Shown here piece by piece: positions 28,995 to 37,239 of a stretch of DNA of 64,000 bases (within the stretch, counting starts at the first letter, position 1; each line of letters opens with the position of its first letter). The stretch is from a virus. Its lineage: Duplodnaviria; Caudoviricetes. The DNA lies in IMG/VR virus record IMGVR_UViG_3300006151_000007, positions 1 to 64,000 of that record. One strand, 5' to 3'. Under the pieces are notes generated by a model, which saw only the letters and a list, made by a program, of their open reading frames with translations, was not told the DNA's origin and searched no databases. The translations under genes and the position numbers were made by a program.

Positions 28995-29168
28995 ATGGCA
29001 GAAACGCAAGCGCGAAAGGAATGGACGAAGGAAAACACTACCTTCGTCGGCTTGAAACTGAACAACCGCACCGATAAAGATATTTTGGAGGCTTTGGAAG
29101 GGAGATCCAAGCAGACTGAAATAAAGCGGTTGATCCGTCAGGGCATGGAGCATGACCTATCAAAATGA
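28995..29168 (+). CDS. 57-aa ribbon-helix-helix-like protein
   Basis: GAGGTGAGG RBS; FVGLKLNNRTDKDILEALEGRSKQTEIKRLIR. Confidence 0.65.
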   Translation: MAETQARKEWTKENTTFVGLKLNNRTDKDILEALEGRSKQTEIKRLIRQGMEHDLSK

Positions 29169-29200
29169 AGCAAACATCCTTTTCTGAACAAGTACAGCGA

Positions 29201-29234
29201 AAACTCCTCCGCTGGAATCAGCGGAGGAGTTTTT
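29201..29234. terminator. Bidirectional terminator
   Basis: AAAACTCCTCCGCTG-loop-CAGCGGAGGAGTTTT between convergent genes. Confidence 0.8.
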
Positions 29235-30459
29235 AGTCGGTCGAAACAGTTCCTAGAAGCTCTTCAAGCTTGTCGCGGTCCCAGAGGAGGACACCTGTGG
29301 CTTCGGCTAACTGCTTCGCGCCAGCAGTAAAATATTGATTGGTCATGACTACGCCCACTTGACAATGGTATAGTGCCTTCCCAGCGTGTACTTCCTGTAT
29401 AGGTCCATTCCCCAGATTGGAGGAATAGCATTTACATTGGATAGCATATCGAATACCATCCTTGACAGCTATAACATCAACTCCCTGGTCTCCACTGCCT
29501 TTTGTGACTTCAACATCGGTAAAGCCGTTCTTTTTTAGGAGTTCAGCACACCAATACTCAAATGCATGGCCATCCATACCGTCTGTTTCCTCTATTTTCC
29601 CAACAACAGCTTCGCACTGTTCGAGAATAGATAAACAAGCCATTGCATCAATCAAGTTGCTATCGCTCATTTCAGATAAATGCCTTTCCATTTCTTCTGA
29701 AAATAATCGACTAAATCCAGCCCCATTTTCCCTTATTAGATCTTTATAAAATGAAGTTGCCCGAATTAAGGCAGAATGGATTTGGAGTTCTTTGTTTTTC
29801 TCTAGTTCTTTCAAAATATTTGAAGGTTTATCTGTTAATCTGTTGCTTTTTGCAATAAATAGCTCGTATTTTGCCATAGTTGAAAGAATTGGTATTAACT
29901 TGTTTCTTTTTTCGAAATACGTATCAATGCGCACTGATTTATTCATTTCGTCATTATAAGAAACGACATCCCATTTTTTCTGTTCCATATATCGATTTAT
30001 AACTGCATAAAATCCATAAAAAATTGTAAAAGACCAAAAGGATACAAAAACAAAGCAGAAAGAAATTTTGTTATAGTTTTCTGGAACCATTTTCAACATA
30101 AAAAATCCGATAATCAAAAGAACAACAAATCGGACCGCTCTTTCTGCCGTTGTGCTTGTTCGGCTATTTCCATCTTTTGTAAATTCTTTTTTAATTGCAC
30201 GGCATATTGTATTGTCTACTTGTAAAGTGCTTCTTTTTCCGTCTTTGAAAAAAACAACTATAAAATTACCCTTATTGTAGAACTTTTTGATTTCAAAATT
30301 TTTTACATTGACCCAATCGTCTCCTACCTTAACTTCGCATCTATAAGCAGTTTCGGGAGATATCTTTACTGTTTTGAAAAATGGCAAGGTTATAACCACA
30401 CTGGAAAAAGAAGTCAGAAGCCCTTGCCCTTTATAATCTCCGCTTATTACTTTGTTCAT
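29233..30459 (-). CDS. Membrane-anchored Mrr-type restriction endonuclease
   Basis: Two TM segments; C-terminal MDGHAFEYW...GDQGVDVIA...AIQCK...IQEV; low GC. Confidence 0.8.
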   Translation of the reverse strand: MNKVISGDYKGQGLLTSFSSVVITLPFFKTVKISPETAYRCEVKVGDDWVNVKNFEIKKFYNKGNFIVVFFKDGKRSTLQVDNTICRAIKKEFTKDGNSRTSTTAERAVRFVVLLIIGFFMLKMVPENYNKISFCFVFVSFWSFTIFYGFYAVINRYMEQKKWDVVSYNDEMNKSVRIDTYFEKRNKLIPILSTMAKYELFIAKSNRLTDKPSNILKELEKNKELQIHSALIRATSFYKDLIRENGAGFSRLFSEEMERHLSEMSDSNLIDAMACLSILEQCEAVVGKIEETDGMDGHAFEYWCAELLKKNGFTDVEVTKGSGDQGVDVIAVKDGIRYAIQCKCYSSNLGNGPIQEVHAGKALYHCQVGVVMTNQYFTAGAKQLAEATGVLLWDRDKLEELLGTVSTD

Positions 30460-30586
30460 AAAATCCCCTCCACTTACAAAATACCACATTGTTTACAAAA
30501 TATCAATATTTTCTTGAATTTTGTTATAAGCTGTGTTATTATACAAAATATGGGCAAATGCCCTGGTTTTTTGGAGGGATGAGACA

Positions 30587-31138
30587 ATGAAGAAAGCAAT
30601 GTGTTTGATTTTGTCGATTGCGATTTTTTTGCTTTTGTGTTCATGTGAGTATGGAGACGATGCAAACAGGGAAAATTCTCAGCAACCTTTACCCAGCGAA
30701 ACAAGTGATACGGAAGAGACTGTAAACAGTGTTGGGCTAGATGGAACTATTTCAGGCGACTGCTTCGATATCTCTATTGTAGATGTAAAATGGACGGATG
30801 CGCTGGAAACATCTCTTTATACTGTTACTCCTGAAAAGGATGGGAATAAGTTGCTATGTCTGATTTTTTCTGCTAAAAATACAACAGATGAAACATACAA
30901 CTTAGGATCTTTTAATGCCTACGTCGATAAACAAGCAACGCTCCCCACATCGGTGATTGGTGGGATCGATGATGCAATGATATTTGTTGGAGCGGTCGCA
31001 AGCGGAATGGAAATGAGAGCATATTCAGTTTGGGAACTCCCCGGAGATTGGGAGGAATTTCAGCTAAATTACTTTGAATCAACTGGGCCAGAGTGCCAAC
31101 AGTATTTTATACTTCATCAGGATGATATCGCTTCATAA
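30587..31138 (+). CDS. Lipoprotein (DUF4352-like)
   Basis: Signal peptide with lipobox LLCSC; acidic linker; beta-rich domain. Confidence 0.7.
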   Translation: MKKAMCLILSIAIFLLLCSCEYGDDANRENSQQPLPSETSDTEETVNSVGLDGTISGDCFDISIVDVKWTDALETSLYTVTPEKDGNKLLCLIFSAKNTTDETYNLGSFNAYVDKQATLPTSVIGGIDDAMIFVGAVASGMEMRAYSVWELPGDWEEFQLNYFESTGPECQQYFILHQDDIAS

Positions 31139-31150
31139 TGCTGTGATGCA

Positions 31151-31182
31151 AAGGCCCTCGCTACAAAAAGTAGCGGGGGCCT
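31151..31182 (+). terminator. Terminator
   Basis: GGCCCTCGCTAC-loop-GTAGCGGGGGCC followed by a T tract. Confidence 0.65.
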
Positions 31183-31202
31183 AAATTTTTTCTGAAACCT
31201 AC

Positions 31203-31241
31203 TTGACTCCTTGCTAGCAAGTGTGATATATTGCTAGCAAG
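31203..31241 (+). promoter_or_regulatory. Promoter with two palindromic operators
   Basis: TTGACT -35; TTGCTAGCAA at 31211 and 31231. Confidence 0.7.
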
Positions 31242-31252
31242 GAGGTGGACGA

Positions 31253-31426
31253 ATGTCGCCGAGCAACAGCCCCGAGTATTATCGAAAGCGGCGTGAAACT
31301 ATTGGGCAATTTAGTGTTTCTGTGGCAAGGGAAAAGTTAAACGCGCTGACGGAAAGGTTGAACCAACAGAATAAAACAAAGACACAATGGCTCAACGAAA
31401 AAATTGATGAAGAACTCGGGAAATAA
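31253..31426 (+). CDS. 57-aa RHH-like DNA-binding protein
   Basis: GGAGGTGG RBS; QFSVSVAREKLNALTERL...KTQWLNEKIDEEL. Confidence 0.7.
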   Translation: MSPSNSPEYYRKRRETIGQFSVSVAREKLNALTERLNQQNKTKTQWLNEKIDEELGK

Positions 31427-31553
31427 AAGGAGCGCCCACCCTCCCAGCAAGAAGATGTGGACGCTCAGAAACACCAGGAGGTCTCCCCACTGGATACCTC
31501 AGTATACCATGAAGGGAGCCTCCGCGCAAGAACAAAAGGAGGTTCTTAGAAAA

Positions 31554-31757
31554 ATGACCGAGATCGAGAAGATGAAGAAGTACATCGAGCGGACGAAGTT
31601 CCACAGCGCCGGGTTTTACATGAACCTGGACGAAGCGTTCGAACTCGCAAGGCAAGCGTTTGGCTGCGGAGACCTTCCTATTGAAGCCATCTCTCTGGCC
31701 TTCAACTATGGTCGGGCCAAAGGCTACCGCGCAGCGAAAGCGGAGGTGCGGGCATGA
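31554..31757 (+). CDS. Phage hypothetical protein
   Basis: GGAGG RBS; AISLAFNYGRAKGYRA. Confidence 0.65.
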   Translation: MTEIEKMKKYIERTKFHSAGFYMNLDEAFELARQAFGCGDLPIEAISLAFNYGRAKGYRAAKAEVRA

Positions 31758-32305
31758 ACGAGCTGAGAGTCCAGGACTTCCACGGGAATCAGGTCATCGA
31801 TAGCCGGGACGTGGCGGAGATGGTGGAGCGGGACCATCGGGAGTTGCTGAAAAGCATTCGTACTTATGCAAAATATTTGACTGAGGGCGAAATCCCCCTC
31901 AGTGAGTTCTTCATCGAATCCGAGTATAAGGACAAAACTGGACGAATCCTCCCTTGTTATCTCATCACAAAAAAGGGCTGCGACATGATCGCCAACAAGA
32001 CCACGGGCAAGAAGGGCGTGCTGTTCACCGCCGCCTACGTGTCGGCCTTCGAGGAGATGCGCCAGGCGCTGACCACCGCACCGGCCCGTGTGAGCTTGCC
32101 GGAGGGTGTGTCGCTGAGCGGCTTGGCCAAGCTCATCTCCATCACGCGCCGGGTCATGCTGGACGCAGGGAGCACGCCGCAGGACGTATGCGGCATGGTC
32201 CGGGAGACGTTCGGGGCCGCAGGGCTCCCGGTCCCGTCCACGTTCCCCAAGCAGATCCCTGGACAGATGAGCCTGTTCGAGCATGGAGAGGGGGCGTCGG
32301 CATGA
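31754..32305 (+). CDS. Rha-family regulator/antirepressor
   Basis: IDSRDVAEMVERDH...CYLITKKGCDMIANK. Confidence 0.85.
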   Translation: MNELRVQDFHGNQVIDSRDVAEMVERDHRELLKSIRTYAKYLTEGEIPLSEFFIESEYKDKTGRILPCYLITKKGCDMIANKTTGKKGVLFTAAYVSAFEEMRQALTTAPARVSLPEGVSLSGLAKLISITRRVMLDAGSTPQDVCGMVRETFGAAGLPVPSTFPKQIPGQMSLFEHGEGASA

Positions 32306-32427
32306 ACGAGAGGACTATGACGATTGCTCAGATTGCAGACCTATGCCAACAGGCGGACGCGCGGGAATTGGACCTGATATGGCGCATCCTCCACGCCATG
32401 CTCGATAGGAAGGGGGTCCAGGCATGA
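32302..32427 (+). CDS. 41-aa helical peptide
   Basis: ATGA-coupled at both ends; ARELDLIWRIL. Confidence 0.6.
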   Translation: MNERTMTIAQIADLCQQADARELDLIWRILHAMLDRKGVQA

Positions 32428-33206
32428 ACGAGTTGCAGATCTTCAACCACCCAGACTTTGGGCAGGTTCGTACATACGAGGAAAACGGGAAGGTACTTTT
32501 TTGTGGCGTTGACGTTGCTTTTACGCTTGGTTATTCAAAACCGCGTAACGCTTTGGCCCAGCATTGTAAGGGAGCCCTAAAACGGGGCATCCAAACAAAC
32601 GGCGGGATGCAAGAGATGATTTTCATACCCGAGAGTGACTTGTACCGCCTTGTGTTTGGTTCTAAGCTACCCACGGCGGAGAAGTTCACCGATTGGGTGA
32701 CGGAGGAAGTCCTCCCCTCCATCCGCCGTACAGGGGGGTACACGGTGCAGCCTACTCCCATGACCCCCGCCCAGCTCATCGCCGCCCAGGCCCAGCTCCT
32801 GGTGGACATGGAGAAGCGCATGGACGAAGTTCAGGGCCAGACCCGCGCCCTGGAGGCGAAGGTGGACACGGCCATGAAAGCGTTCTCCCGACCGGCGCAG
32901 GATCACTGGAAGGCCGACATGGACAAGGCGGTGAAGGAGCTGAACGCCCGCATGGGCTGGAGCCTGCCGAAGCTGCAAGGGAAGCTCTACCAAACGCTGG
33001 AGGACACGGCGAACTGCAACCTCAATATGAGGCTGACCGCCCTGCGTAAGCGGATGAAAAAGACCGGCATGAGGTACAGGGACGCGAGGATGCTGAACAA
33101 GCTGGACGCCGTCGCGGCGGACAAGCAGCTCCGGGCCATCTTCGAGGGTATCGTGAGGAGCTATCAGGCCCAGGCGGTCCCCAGCAGAGAGGAGGCCCAG
33201 GGATGA
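32424..33206 (+). CDS. BRO-N antirepressor
   Basis: MNELQIFNHPDFGQVR...FIPESDLYRL...WVTEEVLPSIRRTGGY. Confidence 0.9.
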   Translation: MNELQIFNHPDFGQVRTYEENGKVLFCGVDVAFTLGYSKPRNALAQHCKGALKRGIQTNGGMQEMIFIPESDLYRLVFGSKLPTAEKFTDWVTEEVLPSIRRTGGYTVQPTPMTPAQLIAAQAQLLVDMEKRMDEVQGQTRALEAKVDTAMKAFSRPAQDHWKADMDKAVKELNARMGWSLPKLQGKLYQTLEDTANCNLNMRLTALRKRMKKTGMRYRDARMLNKLDAVAADKQLRAIFEGIVRSYQAQAVPSREEAQG

Positions 33207-33454
33207 GCGACGGCGACAAGAAGCTCTACGAGCTGACGCTGAACGCGGACGGCCTGCGCTTCCGGCGCGCCGACCCGCACCCGCTGACGGCGGAACAGAA
33301 GTACGACATCGCCAGGAAGCTGCTCCTGCTGGCCGCAGCCGCCCTGTGCGCGGGTTTCGTGTGGGCGATCGCCGCACTGTGCGACGTCCCCGGGCTGCTC
33401 ATAACGCTGGCGGTCATATCAGTGTTGGTGATGATGGGGAAGGGGCTGGATTGA
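33203..33454 (+). CDS. Small two-TM protein
   Basis: Two hydrophobic segments; ATGA coupling. Confidence 0.55.
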   Translation: MSDGDKKLYELTLNADGLRFRRADPHPLTAEQKYDIARKLLLLAAAALCAGFVWAIAALCDVPGLLITLAVISVLVMMGKGLD

Positions 33455-33584
33455 GGGCAGGCTTTCCGCGATCTAAACGCAAAGGAGGCTGGGGAGACCC
33501 AGCCTCTTTTCATCTTTCCCATAACTTCACATATCTTCACCGAAACGCCGCACAAGGATCGTTCAGATATGATATGCTCGGACC

Positions 33585-33649
33585 ATAGGAGGACATAGAG
33601 ATCAGGCAGCAAGGCTGCCATGCCGATAGGCGTCTCTGTGTCCTCCTAT
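33585..33649. repeat. Long imperfect inverted repeat
   Basis: ATAGGAGGACATAGAGA ... TCTCTGTGTCCTCCTAT with an inner GGCAGC/GCTGCC stem. Confidence 0.8.
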
Positions 33650-34119
33650 TCATAGATGCTCGTATATTCCCCCATCCCGGAAAAGTCCATCTCCCCAGAG
33701 AACGTTCCTTTATATGGCGCGTCTACCGGGCCGGAAAGCTTTTCGAACATGATGAGCGCATACTTATCGCCTTCGCGTAGCTCGATCTCGTCATTCGATA
33801 CGTTCGTCAGACGGAAAAAGACCTTCGTGTGGTGTCCCGGCTGATATATCGGAGCATCTAGGGACAAACCCTGACGGATCCTGCTGTTTTTCAGCGACAA
33901 GCGAGCTATCATATCGTTCGGTAGCTTGATGTTCTCCTTAGTGCCTACGAAAACCGATTCTCCGCTTTTCAAAGTGACGTGAGAAGTCAGGGCCTCTCGG
34001 GAGACGAAATGATCCGCACGCAGATCGTACCCGATGCTAGTGAGACAATCCGGCTCGTGGTTCTCGATCAGATCGTGCTTCGATATCCAGTTATGTATCT
34101 CGCGGTCTGTCAGCACCAT
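33646..34119 (-). CDS. dcd: dCTP deaminase (trimeric dUTPase superfamily)
   Basis: MVLTDREI, IGYDLR, LPNDMIARLSLKNS.IRQGL and YKGTF. Confidence 0.75.
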   Translation of the reverse strand: MVLTDREIHNWISKHDLIENHEPDCLTSIGYDLRADHFVSREALTSHVTLKSGESVFVGTKENIKLPNDMIARLSLKNSRIRQGLSLDAPIYQPGHHTKVFFRLTNVSNDEIELREGDKYALIMFEKLSGPVDAPYKGTFSGEMDFSGMGEYTSIYE

Positions 34120-34210
34120 ATATACCCCTCCTCGCTGATGGTACGCTTATTATACACCGAACGATGAAGATCGTAAAGCAAGAAAAATACGCTTCGATTT
34201 GGAGGTGCCC

Positions 34211-34598
34211 GATGGGCTACGCCTATTACGACCCGAACCCCGCCGGGCGGTCCGTCGGGGACTGCACCGTCCGGGCCATCTCGAAAGCTCTGGGGCAGAC
34301 GTGGGAAGAGACCTATGTGGGGCTGGCCTTGGAAGGCTTCCGGTGTGGCGACCTGCCCAATGCCGACGATGTGTGGGGGAGCTACCTGAAAGCGCATGGC
34401 TTCACCCGGCACTGGCTCCCGGACGAGTGCCCGGAGTGCTACACTGTGGCGGCGTTCGCGCAGGACGAGCCCCAGGGCATCTACGTCTTGTCCATGCCGG
34501 GCCGCCATGTGGTGACTGTGGTGGATGGGAGATATTTCGACTCATGGGACAGCGGGGGAGAGGTCCCCACATACTACTGGATGAAGGAGCGTCGATGA
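34211..34598 (+). CDS. Conserved hypothetical protein, papain-like peptidase candidate
   Basis: GDCTVRAIS...HVVTVVDG..FDSWD. Confidence 0.7.
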
Positions 34599-35092
34599 TG
34601 GCATACCCTACCTATCAATATCCGGGCTACCAGCCCACACCGGTCTACTATCCGAGCCCTGTGCCCGACCAGCTCGCCCAGCTCCGGCAGAACCAGATGC
34701 AGCAGCCGATGATGCAGGGGCCGCAGATGCCGCAGCAGCCGGTCCAAGCTGTGCCCCAGCCTCAGCAGGCCGACCCCGGCGGGATCATCTGGGTGCAGGG
34801 AGATGCCGGAGCAAAAGCGTACATGGTGGCCCCTGGGAATACGGTCCCGCTGTGGGACAGTGAGGACCAGGTGATCTATCTGAAATCGGTGGACATGTCC
34901 GGTATGCCGTCCATGCGGGTACTGGATTACACGGAGCGCAGCATCGCACAGCCACAGCGCCAGGAGCAAGCTGCGCCCAAGATAGACCTGACCCCATACA
35001 TCACCCGGGACGAGCTGGAGGACATCCTGGCCGAGCGCCTGAAACGGCCTGGGAGGACCGCCAAGCCAAAGGAGGAAGCGAACGATGAGTAA
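34595..35092 (+). CDS. Q/P/Y-rich low-complexity protein with a globular core
   Basis: AAGGAG RBS; Q/P/Y N-terminus, then IIWVQGDAGAKAYMVAPG. Confidence 0.75.
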   Translation: MMAYPTYQYPGYQPTPVYYPSPVPDQLAQLRQNQMQQPMMQGPQMPQQPVQAVPQPQQADPGGIIWVQGDAGAKAYMVAPGNTVPLWDSEDQVIYLKSVDMSGMPSMRVLDYTERSIAQPQRQEQAAPKIDLTPYITRDELEDILAERLKRPGRTAKPKEEANDE

Positions 35093-35327
35093 TCCCATTT
35101 TCCAGGCCCTTGGCGGGCCGTGCGGACAGCAGGGAGGCCCTATGGGCATGATGCAGGCTTTCCAGCAGTTCATGCAGCAGAATCAGGGCAAGGACCCGAA
35201 TGAGATGATCCGGCAGATGCTTTCCTCCGGCAAGCTCAACCAGCAGCAGCTCGACCAGGCCCAACAGATGGCGAAGCAGATGGAGGGGCCGCTGAGCGGG
35301 ATGAAAGCGATGTTTGGTTTCAAGTAA
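35085..35327 (+). CDS. Q/M-rich small helical protein
   Basis: GGAGG RBS; 80 aa. Confidence 0.75.
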   Translation: MSNPIFQALGGPCGQQGGPMGMMQAFQQFMQQNQGKDPNEMIRQMLSSGKLNQQQLDQAQQMAKQMEGPLSGMKAMFGFK

Positions 35328-35380
35328 GTCTAAAAATGCGGCCGCATTTTAGAAAATACATCAACAAAGGAGAGTAAACT

Positions 35381-36262
35381 ATGTCTCTTGGTAGTGAAAG
35401 CGGCGTTCCTGCCGTCATGAATGTGGCTCCCACCGGCTCCGGCTACAATGGGAACGGCGGCGGCTGGGGCGGTGATTGGGGAGCTTGGATCATCCTGTTC
35501 CTCATCTTCGGCATGTTCGGCTGGGGCGGCATGGGTGGCTTCGGCGGGTTCGGCGGCGGCGCCGGCCTCCAGGGTGCTCTGACCCGCGCCGACCTGTGCA
35601 GCGAGTTCAACTTCAACGGCCTGGAGAACGCCGTGCGTGGGGTACAGCAGGGCATCTGCGACAGCACCTATGCCCTCAACAACTCGATCAACGGCCTGGG
35701 CGTGAACGTCATGCAGGGCTTCCACGGCGTGGACAATGCCATCTGTAACCTGGGCTTCACCACCCAGCAGGGCTTCAACGCCACCCAGGTGGCCATGATG
35801 CAGGGCAACAATGCTCTTCAGGCGCAGCTCGCCCAGTGCTGCTGCGACAACCGGGTGGGCCAGATGCAGATCGCCAACCAGATGCAGGCGGACACCTGTG
35901 CCCTGACCAACACCATGAACAACAACACCCGGGACACTTTGGCGAACCAGGACGCCAACGCTCGCGCCATCTTGGACGCCCTGACTGCCCAGCGGCTGGA
36001 GGCCAAGGACGAGCGCATCGCCGCTCAGGCCGCCCAGATCCAGGCGCTCCAGCTCAGCGCCTCCCAGGCGCAGCAGAACGCCGCGATCGGCGCGATGATC
36101 TCCGCCAGCGAGGCCACCATCCTGCGCCGCACCGGCGCGGAGTGCCCCACTCCTGCCTACGTGGTGCAGCCGCCCACTCCGGTGAACTTCCCCACCAACT
36201 GCTGCGGCACGTTCAACGGCTGGGGCAACAACGGCGGCTGTAACGGCGGCTGCGGGTGCTGA
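35381..36262 (+). CDS. Gly-rich TM, N/Q-rich coiled-coil, Cys-rich protein
   Basis: AAGGAG RBS; WGAWIILFLIFGMFGW; 13 Cys including CCC and a terminal GCGC. Confidence 0.85.
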   Translation: MSLGSESGVPAVMNVAPTGSGYNGNGGGWGGDWGAWIILFLIFGMFGWGGMGGFGGFGGGAGLQGALTRADLCSEFNFNGLENAVRGVQQGICDSTYALNNSINGLGVNVMQGFHGVDNAICNLGFTTQQGFNATQVAMMQGNNALQAQLAQCCCDNRVGQMQIANQMQADTCALTNTMNNNTRDTLANQDANARAILDALTAQRLEAKDERIAAQAAQIQALQLSASQAQQNAAIGAMISASEATILRRTGAECPTPAYVVQPPTPVNFPTNCCGTFNGWGNNGGCNGGCGC

Positions 36263-36380
36263 CACGATCCAACGCATTTTTTGACGCAGTCTGATGCGTT
36301 GGCTCCCCGGAACGACGGGTGATCATTTCGGGGCGGCGGACCATGTGTCTGCTGCCCCTGACATTTAGGAGGTATGATCT

Positions 36381-36779
36381 ATGGCCTGTAGACCTGTCTG
36401 CAAGCTCTGTGACCGGCTGGTGATCAGCCAGGCCGTAACCTTTACCGGCGGCAATCTGGCGATCGACCTGCCCGCCGGGAACTATAACAACAAAGAAAAG
36501 TACTGCATCGTGGTGGCCCAGGCGATCCCTGCTGCCACGACTATCAACGCGCCTGTGGTGGTCACCATCGGCGGCGGAACGGAGCTCTATCCTTTGACCG
36601 ACCGTTGCTGCGCACAGCTCACCGCCTGCGCCATCCGGACCAGGACGCGGTATGCCACAGTGGTGTCCACCAGCGGGACCGGAGGCACGTTCAAGCTTCT
36701 GGGCAACGCCTGCCCGTGCCCCACCAACAACTTGGCCAGCATCAACGGGACGGCCCCCGCCGCCGCGCCTACGGCCTGA
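36381..36779 (+). CDS. Cys-rich beta protein
   Basis: AGGAGG RBS; 9 Cys in 132 aa. Confidence 0.8.
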   Translation: MACRPVCKLCDRLVISQAVTFTGGNLAIDLPAGNYNNKEKYCIVVAQAIPAATTINAPVVVTIGGGTELYPLTDRCCAQLTACAIRTRTRYATVVSTSGTGGTFKLLGNACPCPTNNLASINGTAPAAAPTA

Positions 36780-36795
36780 AAGGAGAGACGACATC

Positions 36796-37227
36796 ATGGA
36801 AAAACTTTACGACCTGAAGGACAAGCTGTGCGAGGAGCTGGAGGAACTCGCCCGCAAGCAGGAGATGGGAGCGGGGGATCTGGAAGTCATCCACAAGCTC
36901 ACCGACACCATCAAGAACATCGATAAGATCTGTATGCTGGAGGACGAAGGCGGCTACAGCGAAGCTGTGGATGGCGGAGACTATGGCCAGGGCTCCAGCT
37001 ATGCCGGCCGTGGCAGGCGCGATACCAGAGGCCGGTACAGTCGAGACGACGGGCGGGACGGCGGTATGGCCGGCTACAGTTCCCGCCGCCGGGACAGCCG
37101 CGGCCGCTACAGCCGCGACGATGGCCGCAGCGAGATGATGGAGCATCTGGAGATGGCTCTGGACTCCGCCACCGAAAAGGACCGGGAGACCATCAAGCGC
37201 TTCATGCGCCAGTTGGAGAACGCCTAA
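36796..37227 (+). CDS. Acidic helical protein with Arg-rich repeats
   Basis: AAAGGAG RBS; RRD[TS]RGRYSRDDGR twice. Confidence 0.8.
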   Translation: MEKLYDLKDKLCEELEELARKQEMGAGDLEVIHKLTDTIKNIDKICMLEDEGGYSEAVDGGDYGQGSSYAGRGRRDTRGRYSRDDGRDGGMAGYSSRRRDSRGRYSRDDGRSEMMEHLEMALDSATEKDRETIKRFMRQLENA

Positions 37228-37239
37228 GGGGGTGCGGCG

